Source: Phyllosticta citribraziliensis
Taxonomy: Eukaryota
Length of the DNA stretch: 64,000 nucleotides
Reading direction: 5' to 3'
Assembly (NCBI RefSeq): GCF_038025025.1
Contig: NW_027117338.1
Coordinates: 3,162,001-3,226,000 of the forward strand
Shown here: positions 48,689 to 62,218 of the stretch, piece after piece
How the letters are laid out: each line of letters opens with the position of its first letter
Numbering within the stretch: the first letter of the stretch is position 1
Made by a program: the position numbers and the translations under genes
The notes under the pieces: model-generated
Database searches by the model: none
The model's input: only the letters and a program-made list of their open reading frames with translations
What the model was told of the DNA's origin: nothing

Positions 48689-50498
48689 CGTGGTGATTGC
48701 GCGGTCGTGGTGATTGATTTTGAATTCGAACACGTTGGGCGGTCCAGAACGTCCTCTGGAGTAACGAATCGAGCAGCGGCTGGTGTTGAAGAAGGATAAC
48801 GAAACACTCCAGCAGTCGTTCAGCGCTCGGCGCTCAATCAACCGACCAGTCAGTCCCGCCAGGCCGAGGTAACAAATCCAGGGGCCACAAACGATGACGA
48901 TGACGGTGGCGCGGTGCCAATGAGCCGGATGGTACGACGACAAGACCTGCTTGCTTGCTTGCTGATTGTGCAACAGAGACGGCCAGATGTGTTTGCTCTC
49001 TCGCTGTCGCTGGCGTTGGTGTGGTTGATTGATCGATTGCTTGGACGGACGGATAGAGGGATGGCAGAGCGCTCTGCACTCGAGAATTGGAAGATGGACA
49101 GGAGGGACTGCTGCGGCGGTCGAGCAGGGAGAGAGAAGGACAGAAAAAGTGAGAGAAAGATAGAGCAGACAAGCGCGCTACATGCCTACAGCCACCCAGC
49201 TAACCGACGAATTATACGTCCCATCGCACAATATGAGCGTATTGCGTGTGGTGTGGTGGGACAATCAGGTTCCACAGCGAGCGGGCAAGAAAGCTAGCTA
49301 CCCTACACTAGGAGTTGCGGAGCGAGCGAATTTTCCAACTTTCCAACAATACTAAGAAGAAAAGTGAGCGGGTGAGCGGGTAGAAGAGAAAGTGGGTTGT
49401 GAAGAAGAAGAAGAAGTATAATATGAGTAGGATGGGCGGCTTGACGGCTTGACACGATACGTAATGCATGTTAGCATAGGGAAGAGCAGGCAGGCTGCTG
49501 CTCAGAGCGACGGTAGGCAGGTAAATAGGTGGCACGATGAGCAAACCGCCTCAACAGCACTACTACTGTCCACCTGCACCCCTCTCCTGTCCTCGAGTTA
49601 TCTGACTTGAGGTACCGAGGTAGGGAGGTAGACGTCACTTACGCCCCGCCGACTTCACTTTCGCCGTCCGCGTTGCTGCTGCGCTCAGTGTGATCAACTA
49701 GTGTCCATACTTGTTCTATCTCTATCTATATATCATCTATATCGCCGTCGAACTATCTATCTATCTAGCCGTCAATGCATCCATGCACCAACCGTCCATG
49801 CATCTGTCCATCAGGCAGGCCGTCGTACTCATAAAATGCGCCCCTCTCCCTTTCTCTCCTTTCCATCATCTTTTCCTTCGCCTCTTGTCTTCCTCATACC
49901 ACGCATCGTCCATCCGTCGTCTGAATTAAGAAAGTAATGCAGTAGCTAAAAAACCAGAAAGGAAAGGAGAGAAAAAAAAAAATATCCGAAAGACGCCAAT
50001 TTTTGTTGATGAAGGGGTGCCATGCTGTGCCTGTTCAGGGCAGACAGGGACGAAAGGGCAGGGTTGAAGTGTCATGTGACTTTTGATTACGTGCGTGCGG
50101 TGCGGTGTGGTCAGCCGGTACGTTAGAGATGTAGAGGAGTAGAGGATGTGTGTGACAGCAGGTCGGGTGTCGAGAGGAATGAGACTATGAGACACCCTGC
50201 GTCGTGCTATAGCGCGGAGACGAGGCAGGGCAAGAGCGTGTGTCAGGGGATTTCGAGGGCCACGCCGTGGTGAGGGAGGTATGCACAGAAGGCCGCTCTG
50301 TGCCTGGCCGGCCCAGGATGGTAGGTGGACTGCGCTCCCTGGCTGCTGGCTGGAGAGCGTCTGCCGCAAGGGCAGGGCAACCAGGAAGACAGGCGGACGG
50401 ACAGACGGACGAATCGGCGCAGACGGCAACGCGGGCGTTGGAATGCGCGCCAGCCAGCGTCTCTGCGCAACCGACTGACCATCCAACCAATTGGCAGA

Positions 50499-53400
50499 CT
50501 AGCGGCGGTTGAAGTTGAGGTAGCGGGCCTATCGTCACACAGCACGTCAGCACTCAATCTCCGATGCACACGACGCCTTATCTTGTCGTCAAGGAGGGAG
50601 TGAGGAAAGAAGGAACTTACCGCAAGCAACAGCAGGATAATGTTGCTGCCGATAAACGCAGTGAAGATGCCCAAGTCGCGCCAGCGCGTCGCAAAGTCGT
50701 AGCCGAGCGGCGTGTAAAACTCGTCGCCGACAGCATACGCGCAGTACTCGCAGCTGCTGGTGTCGTTAGCAGCGAGGTAGCCGGGGCCGCCCGCGCTGAA
50801 GAAGTCGGCCATGTACTGGCCACACGACTGGCCGGGCGGCGCGGTGAAGAGGTTGTACTCGGCGGGCGTGCACTCGACCTTGCGGCCGTGCAGCTCCGTC
50901 ACGACCATGCCGCCGATGAGGCGCGTGAACGGGTCGAGCTGGTACAGCCAGGCGCGCCAGAAGCCGGGGATCTGCGGCTTGGGGATCGTCACGCCGCAGA
51001 AGAGGGCGAAGATGATGATGACGAACGGGTTGCAGAGTGCGGCCGACACGGGCGACGCCGTCACGGCCGCGATGAGCTGGCCCAGCGTCACCGAGAAGAT
51101 CTCCGTGATCAGCACCATGAAGAATTGGTAGCCGGCGCGCGACGACGCCGCTTGGAAGCCCGGGATGTAGTACAGCGGCAGGAAGAAGCTGACGGCGCAG
51201 AGGATCGAGTACGGCATTTCGGCCAGGATCATCGAGATGCCGAAAGGCAGCGTCTTGTACGTCTTGGCCGACTGCTCGCGGAAAGAAATCATGCGCGCAA
51301 TGGCGTACTTTGGTTCGATCTGGGCGAGAATGAGGGCAGGAAGGACGGTGACTTGGAAAATGACGAAGATGCGGTACTGTAGCGAGGCGCGCGAGTCGTC
51401 GAGCTGCAAGAAGAAGAGACCGGTACAGACGGCGACCATGGCGTGCGAGTAGAAGCGAGTGAAGCCGTAGTTGGGCGTGCGCCAGAAGGACAGTTGAGCG
51501 CGACCAGAGACTCTCTTGATCTGATACCAGAGAGGGGTGGCGTACTCCTTTTGCTGGACCTCGGGCACAGAGCCGACCTCGGCGATGCGCTCCTCCTTCA
51601 TACGAACAATGTCCTTCTTGACCTGGGCAAACTCTTCCGACTCTTTCCAGATGTCCGCCCAGTCCCGGTCGCCGATGCGAGGGGTCTGGCCGGCTCCAAT
51701 GGCATCCAGCATCCATTCGGCAGGGTTAAGGTTGGGCGGGCAGTCGGCTCCACGGCGGTGGAAGTATTCGATGAGCGTCGAAGCATCCTCGCCAATGTCG
51801 CCAAAGTAGACACATTGTCCACCGCGCTGGAGAAGCAGCAGACGGTCGAAGCTTTCGAAGAGGGATGAGCCCGGCTGGTGAATGGTACACAAGATAGCCT
51901 GGCCAGCGGCTGCCAGCTTCTTGAGGAAACGAACGATATTCCATGCGCTTTGGCTGTCCAGACCGCTAGTAGGCTCGTCCAAGAACAACAACAGCTCAGG
52001 CTTGGCCGCAAGTTCTACACCAATGGTAACACGCTTGCGCTGTTCAACAGCGAGACCAGTGTCGGCCTCGCCGATGATGGCGTCCGCAATGTCCTCCATT
52101 TCCAGGAGCGAAATGACCTCTTCAACGTAGGCATACTTTTCAGACTGAGGAGTTTCGAAAGGCTGGCGCAGATCGGCCGAGAATCGCAGCGCTTCACGCA
52201 CAGTCTGCGCGGGCTCGTGGACGTCGAGTTGTTCAGCATAGGCAGTACCGCGCTGGAAAGCAATTCCAGGAGGCTTTCCGTCGACCAGCTTTTCTCCGGT
52301 AATAACTCCGATGTTCTTCCTACATGGATTATTAGTAAAAGTAGTCATGAGAATGATGAGGTTAATCTTTACCTGGCTGCAAGAACGTCCAGCAACGTGG
52401 TCTTCCCAGCTCCTGATGCGCCCATCAGTGCCGTGAGTTGACCGGGCTTGACATAACCGAAGATGTTGTTGAGCAGGCGGAGTTGACCATGACCGGCTGG
52501 GTGGGGAACGTCGTAGCAGAGGTCCTCCCACGTCAGGATAGACTTGGACTCGACGAGGAGCCCCGAATCCTCTTCAGTCTGCGCGTTGTTGTGGCCCTTG
52601 TTCGCCTTCTTCTCCACAAGCCTTTGGTTGAGCTCCTTGCGCTCCGCATCCTCCTTGGCGTAAAAGGTAACAGTCTTTCCGCCGGCGCCCCACTTGACGA
52701 GCTCACCAAGGAATGCGTTGGCACACAAAAAGCCAACGATGAGCGCCATGATGATGCCAAAGTTGCGCCAGAGCTCACCCGGGCTCCAGGAAAAGGCGGA
52801 CTCAATGTACGAAGTTCCCGAGACGATTCTGGATCCAGGCGTGCTACCCTGCAGGGTACAAGTCTGGTGGTTGATGTCGTTGTAGTTCCCGCCACTTGGG
52901 ACAAGGTCCGCTCCGCAGGTCAAAGAGATTCGTTCAAACTCATTCATCATGAGCGCGGAAAATCCGAGACCGAGCGGGTTGATGTAGAATATCCACCTAA
53001 GCCAAACTTGCATCGACTGCCACTGGATGAGGTAACCGCTCGAAAGGACGAAAAAGGTAATGACTGTTCCGGCCGCACGAATGGCAACATCGAAATCGGG
53101 ACAGACGCAACCCATGGTACGGAAGAAGAGCGTCATGGACAGGTAACCAGTGATGATGAGCAGCACAAAGGTGAAGAATGCGCCTGCGTCTCTGACAAGG
53201 TCGCACATGAAATAGACCATAATGCTAAAGACGAGAATCTGGACGGCGGCGAAAACGGTATCTACACCAATCTGGGCGATCCACAATGCTGAAGGCCGGT
53301 GGAACGTGTAGGCTCGATGCTTGTTGATGATTGGTCGACCCAGCATGGTAGAGACGAGTTCGGAAAAGGCCTGGAAGGAGTTGAAAAGGAGCGAAATGAA

Positions 53401-55152
53401 CAAGAGACCGCCGCGGGTAAAGGCACCCGAGTCGGTTCTGGGGATATCAAGCCAGACAGTACCGAGAACAATGGCGACAACGATCGAGGTGGTCCAGGAT
53501 ACCGTGAGCTGAAACTTGTCCTGCCATTTGAGCAGGAACTGACGCTTCATCAGCGCCCACACCTGGAGGTAGAATGGAATGGTGTAGACGGATTTTTTGG
53601 AAGCATGTCTCTTGCCCTGGGCGACGGCAGTCTGGAAGTCATCAAAGACCTGCTTCTCTTGCTTAATCTGGTCGCGATACTCGGCCATCTCGGCCTTGTT
53701 GCGAGCAGCAATGTCGGACTTGTTGAAGGCTTCGGCAAGAGCCTCGCCAGTGCTGGGGACGTTGTCTGCGCTCCTTCCGGGTTGGTACTCGCGCTCGAAA
53801 GGATCGGTGCAGCCAGTCAGATAGTCGGGGGTGGTTTGGCGCGGCTTCTCCAGGAAGCCCAGGCCCTCAAAGTATCCGCGGGCTTCCTGGATGGGTCCGT
53901 AGTAGGCCATGCGGCCCGAGTCAATCACCATGACCTTGTCGAATTGCTCGTAAATCGATTCCGATGCCTGGTAGAGAGACACAAATGTCGTGACTTTGTG
54001 AATGTCGGTCAAAATCCTCAAGGACTTGGCGTAATCCAGAGCGGTGGAGGCGTCAAGACCTCTGGTTGAGTTGTCCCAACTGCAGACAGCCGCGTTGGTG
54101 ACCATCATTTCGGCAATGGAGACACGCTTTCTCTCTCCTCCTGAGACTCCACGTACAAAGGCGTTTCCGACGTTGGTACGCTTCGTGTGCTCAATGTTGA
54201 ACATCTTCAGGAGCATGTCGATGACCTTTTCTTTGAATTCGTGCCTGCCGATGCCACCGGGGCGGGTGCCGGGAACCTTGCAGTCCAGCGCGAAGTCGAG
54301 GGTTTGGCCGACGGTCAGAGTGGGGTGGTGAACGTCGTCTTCTTGGTTGTAGACGGCTTCTCCTCGGTAGCGTTTGCCAAAGTGTTCTGCATCAAAGGGG
54401 CCGTACAGGACCTCGCCATCAATGCCAGTGTAGCCAACACGCTGGTTTGCAATGACTTTGAGGAAACTGGTACAGCCGGAACCGGGTCTTCCGAGCACGA
54501 GGACCATCTCTCCAGGCTTGGTGACTCCGTAAAAGTCCTGGAGAATGTTGAACTCGGTCCCCTTTCTGCCGAGTCCCAGAAGGTTCACGGCAGTCTCGTA
54601 CACATTGAAAAAGGAGACAAAAGCTTGGGGAAACGTCTGTCACGTCATCAGTCGGCTGTTGACTAACTGATACCCCATACGGTATTGTTGTGTGCCACTT
54701 ACCTTGACATATGTCTTGACGCCACCCATTCCCTTGACAGTGAGGTTCTCCCAGATGACACCGATGCGCTTTCCCTTGATGCCAGCCTCTTCAGCCTCGG
54801 ACTTTTGGCCTCTCAACGCGGCCTCCAGGTCAAAAGGACCAGAGGCGTTGGCGGTGCCTTTCTCAGTATCCGTGCTCTTGTCCTGAGAAACGGAGACTCG
54901 CTTTTCGCTCATCTTGGTAAACTCGCGGCTGAGGGTGCGGAAAGCAGCCTCGGCGCGGTCGACGTCGACGCCATCATTGATGTTGATGGAGCTCTCAGAC
55001 TTGAGCGTGTTGCCATCGTCGCTACCCTTTTCAGAGGCGCCCGAGTTGACAACAGTGCGCTCAACAGTGGTTTGGTTGCCTTCAAAAGCGGTCGAGGAAA
55101 AGGCAGTCGAGGTGTTGACCGAAGTGGTCTGAATTTCCCGCTCAGCGTCCAT
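50499..55152 (-). CDS. Full-size ABCG/PDR multidrug transporter (NBD-TMD)x2
   Basis: NBD1 GRPGSGCTS and VRGVSGGERKRVSIAE, WDNSTRGLD; NBD2 GASGAGKTT, LAVEQRKRVTIGVEL, FLDEPTSGLDSQ, CTIHQP; two TMDs. Introns at 54637-54702, 52320-52372 and 50529-50620; ends RYLNFNRR*. Confidence 0.96.
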
Positions 55153-56922
55153 GACGCCGAATGACTTGATTGCAGATCCCGCTGTCAGGCACCCTCACGC
55201 ACGGCCTTTTGGAACTGAAAAAACTTGACAAGAGGACGAAGCAAGGAGGACGACGAGCGGGCGTCGGGGCCTCAAATAAGAGAGTCGGGGAAGAAAAAAG
55301 AAGTACGAGAGCAGGGGCTCATGGGGGAGGGGCACGGCAAATATGCACTATAAGGACTCCCTGCATGGTGTGTAATACCTGGAAAGTCATGGAGATTGGA
55401 AGTAAAATGGGGCTTAACGCCGCGTTGGTTGGACACATGGGGCAATGTGGGGCATTGGATTCTAGAAGACTGCATGGACACGACCAGCTGGCAAATGGGC
55501 CCATGGTGGAGGTGGTCCCGGGAGAAGAGAAATCCATGTCGCTGCCGCAACCGGGTGGGAGGTTAAGCTTGAATGTCTCAGCATGCTAAGCAAAAAGCTT
55601 GGTAAACGGCGAGAGAAGCAAAGTCAAACAGAGCCTCTGGCAAGCAGCGCAGACAAGTCCGCGGGGGACGTGTCGACGGGTGTTGTCCGAAGTGGCGGAG
55701 GGTTGACTGTTGCCGAGGGCGGCCTGTGCCTGTGCCAGGGCCAGGGCCAGGGCCAGGGGGACACCGCGGCGGGCAGAGAGGTCGTCGGTGTCGTGCGGTA
55801 GGTGGTTTGAGCAAATCAGAAAGAGGCCGCGAGGCTGATCCCCGGATGTTTGTCGGCATGCGCTGCGGACCGCCATCCCGTCCGTTGCAGCTGCTGATGA
55901 ATCAAGCTGCACCAACGGAAACATTCCATTGCCCCATCGTGTGCTCTTGGCTGCGCTGTGCGGTGACACGCTGATAAGAGAGAGGGCCCCTTTGCCATTC
56001 GGGTGCGGGTGAGACAGTTGCCGACGTTGTTGAGACGCCCGCTCGTATTGCCATGTACATTATCAAAACAGACACCGCCGTGGACCGGAAATGTGGTGTT
56101 TTCTGCATGCGGGTCGTCTGGGACCGCCAAGGGATTTGACCGTCTCGACACACACAGCACACGTGCCATGCCTACACCAACAGGCACCTCGTCTAGGTAC
56201 AGATGGTGTGCTTCTGTCGACTTCCGAGACCAACTCCTTGCGTCACCGACAGGCGAGAAAAAAAAGGTGGAGCCCGGCGTGTAAATCCGATCCACATTTT
56301 GCAAAATCGCATGGCGAGCCAATGCGGGACAGGAATCGCCTTGGCGCTTCAATGTTTAGCCTCGAGTTGGATTCGCAACCACCGGAGCTTACAGTCGTTT
56401 GTTCCTTCGCCCCTCTGCCTTGACCGCAAGAGCGCAGGCTAGGCGTGTGGTTAGATTGTCTAATCTGCACCATGCGCCCACCGGATGCCAAGTCGCAGCG
56501 CAGCGCAGCGCTGGGTTAGCGCGTGCCACGCAGCATTGTACGGTGTTGGTGTACGGAAACAGATGCGACTCTTGGTGTAGAGGCCAAAACTGACTCGAAG
56601 CTTCACATGTGGACAGGCGTGTGATTGGCAAGGTGGTTGTTGTTGGTTGTCGAGGAGCGGCCTCCAGCTCATGTGAGTGGGCCGTCCCCGTCGGCAAAAG
56701 GCGACCTTCTTTCATCTCACATGCCGCGCTAAGCATGTGATGGCCTAACCTGACGGGACAGACGCCCAAGCCCAACCCAAGCCTGTCTCTCCCCTCATCT
56801 CCTCCCCATCATCACCACCACCGACATCGCCCTCAAGACCCTCATCGCCCCTGCAGCCATTCTGATATTCTGTCAACTTTCCCTCGCATCGCCCACCATC
56901 GGCAACCCGGCATCAGTGGGCG

Positions 56923-58671
56923 ATGGAGCTGGGCCAGGAACGGCCGCCGGCCTACGCCCACAGCGACCCGGATACACTGCATCTGCCCTCCGTTCCCACG
57001 CAGGACCCGCAACCCACCCCCGTGCCAAACGGCCTTCACCTGCCCGACCTCAAGTCGCTCGGTCTGCCTGCCTCGACCCATTCGCGCAACATTTCAAACG
57101 CCTCGGACAACTATCGCCCAACCCTGTTTCCGCCCTCGTCTGCCGAATCGCAACAATGGCAAAACACAAACCTCCACGCCCTCTCCTTTCCTCGCGTGCC
57201 AACCGCCGCTCCTCGCACCGCCGCCGATCTTGAGATTGGCAGCCCCATGGACACGGAGAGCATGGTCAGCATCGACGACCACCTAAACAATGCCGCGCAA
57301 CCCGGGGCGCTCAACTCCAAGGAGCTCCTGGCTGCCGAAGCCATAGTAGGGCTCGGTAACCCAGGTATGGAAAACATGCGCTCCTGCCGACCACCCATAC
57401 TAAGTGCCGTAGACTATGCCATGTCGCCCTCGGGTCGCACCAACGCCCTTCCACCGCAAGCAAACGGCTTCCACGAAGCTGAAAATCGACAAGAGCCACT
57501 TCTCTCGCTGCTGACGTCCAGCCACCCATGGATTGGTGGCACCATCAACGGCTCTTTGAATGCGTACTCTTCGACCAAGGCGTATTCGCCTCGCTTCGTC
57601 CAGTACAGCGCCGATTTCCTGGAGCGCAATGTCGCAAACACTGTGGGGTCGGTCGGCCGTCGCACCGGAGTTGAAAGAAGCCTTCGCCGCTACTTGGGAG
57701 ACCGCCAGCCCAATGGCGAACAAGACTTTCACGGCCACAAGAGACGACGCACAGATACCGACATGATGGACATTGAAAAGGGTCTGCAGACGCCGCCAGT
57801 AAGAGCCGCCCGGACTCGAGGAGATTCCGACATTTCATTCGCCCGGAGCGAGGATTCTCTGCCACCGTACGACTCTAACCGCTCGCCTGCCTATGAAGAG
57901 AGAGCAACCAACGGCCAAGGCCAGCTTCTCATGGCAAACGGCCACGAAAAATCGCAATCCGAGAGCCACCGGCAACCTCACTGGTCGACAAGGATGATGA
58001 TTACCACTTCCGGCCTTGGCGCTGCCCTGTCTGAGACGTCGCTCCGGAGCCTCAAATTCTGTCTTGGAATGATGAGCAACGCGTCGAATCACTTGGCCAA
58101 GGTCATGCGCGCCTTGAAGATGGTGCTCGAGGATTATGACAAGACCACCAACTCGTCCACCGCACCCGAGCAGCACAGAGATGAAAAGGGCGTTGGCTCT
58201 CGCCAGCTCATGCGCGACTTTGAAGAGCGACAACGCGAGGAACAGAGCAGGCGCCTGGCCGACAAGATCAAGGCGCTTTGCGAAGATATTTGGAAGACGG
58301 TCAAGAGCGTCGTCGAAATGGTTTCGACCTATGCCGGAGGCGCACTTCCCGAAAACGCGAGCAACTTTGTCCGCGACCAACTCCTCTCCGTACCTGGCCG
58401 CTGGCGGGCCACTGCGTACGCCGAGGATGGCCACGCTAACAATGGTGCCGGCGCCGAAGTGAGACGCGCAAACAGGATGCTCGCGTACGCCAAGGAAGGC
58501 CTCGACATGATGGAACAGGTCAGCATGGTCGTTACGAGCACGATTCAGAGCGCTGAGCAGTGGCTCGACACGTTTGGCAAGAAGAGGAAAGAGGAGGATG
58601 GAAGCGCGCCGCACGACGAAAAGACTGCAAATGGGGTGGCTCTGCCGCCGATGATGCCGCCGCAAAACTAG
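56923..58671 (+). CDS. OPI1: Opi1-family transcriptional repressor (Opi1/CCG-8-like)
   Basis: AAEAIVGL, INGSLNAYSSTKAYSPRFVQYSADFLER, LPPYDSNRSPAYEE, WSTRMMITTSGLGAALSETSLRSLKFCL, YAGGALPENASNFVRDQLLSVPGRW, AKEGLDMM. Probable 48-nt intron at 57365-57412. Confidence 0.85.
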   Translation: MELGQERPPAYAHSDPDTLHLPSVPTQDPQPTPVPNGLHLPDLKSLGLPASTHSRNISNASDNYRPTLFPPSSAESQQWQNTNLHALSFPRVPTAAPRTAADLEIGSPMDTESMVSIDDHLNNAAQPGALNSKELLAAEAIVGLGNPGMENMRSCRPPILSAVDYAMSPSGRTNALPPQANGFHEAENRQEPLLSLLTSSHPWIGGTINGSLNAYSSTKAYSPRFVQYSADFLERNVANTVGSVGRRTGVERSLRRYLGDRQPNGEQDFHGHKRRRTDTDMMDIEKGLQTPPVRAARTRGDSDISFARSEDSLPPYDSNRSPAYEERATNGQGQLLMANGHEKSQSESHRQPHWSTRMMITTSGLGAALSETSLRSLKFCLGMMSNASNHLAKVMRALKMVLEDYDKTTNSSTAPEQHRDEKGVGSRQLMRDFEERQREEQSRRLADKIKALCEDIWKTVKSVVEMVSTYAGGALPENASNFVRDQLLSVPGRWRATAYAEDGHANNGAGAEVRRANRMLAYAKEGLDMMEQVSMVVTSTIQSAEQWLDTFGKKRKEEDGSAPHDEKTANGVALPPMMPPQN

Positions 58672-59353
58672 GTGCGACAAGCCCGACTGTCGCTTACGAC
58701 TTGTTTTGTCTTTTGCAATGCCTGGTTCCGGACTGGTCGATTTCCTTGGACTGTCGTTACGGCGAGTTTTCCGACCGGAAAAGTTCTCATTCTGATGGGG
58801 GTTTTCCGATATTGTGGTTCATATGTTCTGGTGTCTGGTTGTCTGTCATTTGCATTTCCCACTAGTTGCATGATGTCTTAGCGAGTGGTTCATTTTCAGA
58901 CTGTTTGGCGTCACGGCTACATTTCTTTGGCGATTTGTTTGAACGAGGTTGCGGGCTGCTTTTTCTGCTTTCGGTCGATTGATTCCCTCTTGGTTCTTGG
59001 AGTATACGATAATGACCAGAGCCAGGCTCAACATGGAGCCTACGCGTAGGTTTGCGGGCGAGCGGTGAGGCGGAGTTGCTTTTTGATGAGAATGGAAGCA
59101 ATTTTGCGTGCGCTTCGAGTGCCTTTGACAGAGTAATGCGACGCCATTTGAGCATCGCCATGCAATGATGGAATCCATGTGACGATGTCCGGCGTGGTGT
59201 TTCGCCGGCCCGACGTCGCTCACCGCCCATGACTCAGGTCGAAATGATTCCCAGTCACTGGCGAGACACATGTAGCGGGGCAGCCCTGTAAACATTCCTC
59301 GACCCTCACCACAATCTTTCCTCTCCCTCCTCACCACCCTACAACTCTCCAAA

Positions 59354-61052
59354 ATGCTCGACATTCAAGATTTCATTACCGAGCGCGGCGGCAACCCTGA
59401 GAAGATCAGGGAGTCGCAGCGCAAGCGTGGCGCCTCGGTCGAGGTGGTGGACGAGATTATTGCCATGTGGGAAGATCACAGGAAAAGTGCGTCTCGAGCC
59501 CTCCACCGTTGTGACAGTCCAGGCTGATCCATCCCACAGCCAAGTACGAGGCGACGCAGATTAGCTCCCAAATCAACCAGACGCAAAAGGAGATTGGCCA
59601 AAAGAAAAAGGCCAAGGAGAGCGCCGACGACCTGCTGAAGCTCAAGGAGGAATTGACCAACAAGAAGAAGGCGCAGGAGGACCTGGCCGCGGAAAAGGAA
59701 AAGGCGCTTTTCGGTGCGTGCGATGCTGCTTGGGTGACGGCCCAATGCGACTGGTGGACTAACGGCGCGCAGCCAAGGTCAAGACTGTCGGCAACTATGT
59801 CCACCCCTCGGTGCCCGTCAGCAACGACGAGGACAACAACGAAAAGATACGGTCATGGGCGCCCGAGGGTGTGACGGTGGAGAAGAAGGACTGCCTCTCT
59901 CACCACGAGGTGCTGTACCGCCTCGGTGGTTACGACCCGGACCGCGGCGTCAAGGTTGTCGGCCACCGTGGTTACTGCTTGACTGGCATGGGCTTGTTCT
60001 TGAACCGTACGTCTCTCGCTACAATGACGCTACGCAGCTAATCTCGACAGTGGCTCTCATCAACTACGGCCTCGAGTTCCTGTACAACAAGGGCTACCAG
60101 CCCAACGCTCCCCCCTTCATGATGCTCCGGGATCAGATGGCCAAGACGGCACAACTCGAGCAGTTTGACGAGGAACTGTACAAGGTCACGGAAGACGAGA
60201 ACAACAAGGACACGGACAAGTACCTGATTGCCACCTCGGAGCAGCCCCTCTCGGCCCTCCACGCGGAAGAGTGGCTCCAGCCCGCGGAGCTCCCCATCAA
60301 GTACGCCGGCTACTCGACGTGCTTCCGCAAAGAAGCCGGCTCGCACGGGCGCGACGCGTGGGGCATCTTCCGCGTGCACCAATTCGAAAAGATCGAGCAG
60401 TTCCTCATCACCAAGCCGGACGCGTCGTGGGAGGCGTTCGAGAGCATGATGGCGACGGCCGAGGAGTTTTACCAGACGCTGAAGCTGCCGTACCACGTCG
60501 TGGCCATTGTGTCGGGCGCGCTCAACAACGCCGCCGCCAAGAAGTACGACCTCGAGGCCTGGTTCCCCTTCCAGGGCGAGTACAAGGAGCTCGTCTCGTG
60601 CTCCAACTGCCTCGACTACCAGACGCGTGAGCTGGAGATTCGCTACGGCACCAAGAAGCAGACGGCGGCGCGCAAGGAATACGTGCACGCGCTGGTACGT
60701 CTCCTCCCAAACCCTTCCCCCCACTAATCTCCTTACCTCCCCACCTCTCTATTTACCCATCCGCATACTAACACTCACACCCTCCTCCACCCAGAACTCC
60801 ACCCTCGCCGCCACCGAGCGCTGCCTGTGCTGCATCCTCGAAAACTACCAGACGCCCGACGGCTTCACCGTCCCCGAGGTGCTCCGCAAGTACATCCCCG
60901 GCCAGCCCGAGTTCCTGCCCTTCGTCCGCGAGCTGCCCAAGGACACGACGTCGGCCAAGGCGGCCGGCAAGGCGGCGCCGGCTGCTGCGCCCAAGCCCAA
61001 GGTCGCCGCGCCCGGCGAGGCTGCTGATAAGCTTAAGGATCTCAAGGTTTAG
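59354..61052 (+). CDS. SES1: Cytosolic seryl-tRNA synthetase (5 exons)
   Basis: [44 protein letters not shown], motif 2 [39 protein letters not shown], motif 3 NSTLAATER. Introns at 59487-59539, 59714-59772, 60007-60050 and 60695-60794. Confidence 0.97.
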
Positions 61053-62218
61053 ATGGGTCTGGGCCTGTGAGTGAAGATTGGCATGGATGGAAAAGATGTA
61101 AAGGAAGGGAAAAGTTTTGGGGATTGGCGCTGGATGGATGGATGTACGGACAAGGTACGGTGGATCAGAAGGGTCAGGTCACTGGATGCATGCATGCATG
61201 TGGGGTTGCCGATTGAATTGAGCGCGTAGACGAACCAACAAATCAACCAACGTACGAACGAACGAACGAAAGTTGCACTGCTTTTCTCTCCTGCTTTTCC
61301 TTTTATTTACCCTCCTTGCATTGCCCGCCCCCTGATTGCCGCGGTGACATCCTCCATCATTATGCTGTAATGCTATAATGGAAGTCGTCGTCGTCGTCAG
61401 AAGATGCATGTGAGCGGAAGCCTCCTTAACCGCCTGCATATAAACGGTAATGGCAGAAAGAGATAGAAATAAGAGAAGAGAAGAGAACAGCAGAAGAGAC
61501 GCAGCAGTAGGAAGGAGTCGACGCGTGTAACTGCTCTGTAGGCAGTGGCCGCGGAATTTGAGTGGAGCGGCCTGGAGTAGAGTAGAGTATGTGCCGGCGG
61601 CGGCGTATTTATGTACTCGCGGCCGGCCTGACCGGATACGGTGGGTTTATCACGCGGTGCGCGGCCTCCTGACCGACACCCTTCCTTGCTTGCCTATGAC
61701 ATGCCAGGCATGGCGTATCTTGTGACGTACGCTGCGCTGTGCTGCGCTGCCTGAGCTTCTGATTCTGAGTGTGATATAGTTGTGATTCCGACGCACGTGG
61801 AGGCTGGGCTGGGCTGGGCTGGGCTGGGCGCTGTGCTCTTGCTTTGATGACAGGCGGCGTGGGAGGGAAAAGCTCGTAGGACTAGCGGCCAGTGTGAAAT
61901 GGATGTTGAGAAGTGATGGAGATGTGTGAGGAGTTGGGCCGTGGAAGAGGAACAATGATGGCACTCAACACTTGCAGAAAATGGCGGGCGCCAATGTACG
62001 GGAGGAGGTGGAGGTAATCTTTTTCTATGTATTTGGCATTTGCGCTCCGTCTCTTTTAGTTTTACAGCTCAGCGTGAGCAGTGAGTGGGTGAGGTGCGCT
62101 TCTTTGGCGTGTTCTCGCTCTGGCCTGCTCAGGGGCATGTCTGCCCTGCCTGTCCATCCACCTCCCTCCCCCATGGTGCCTCCACGCTCCCTCCGTTCCT
62201 CTCGCAACAGCAGCCCGC

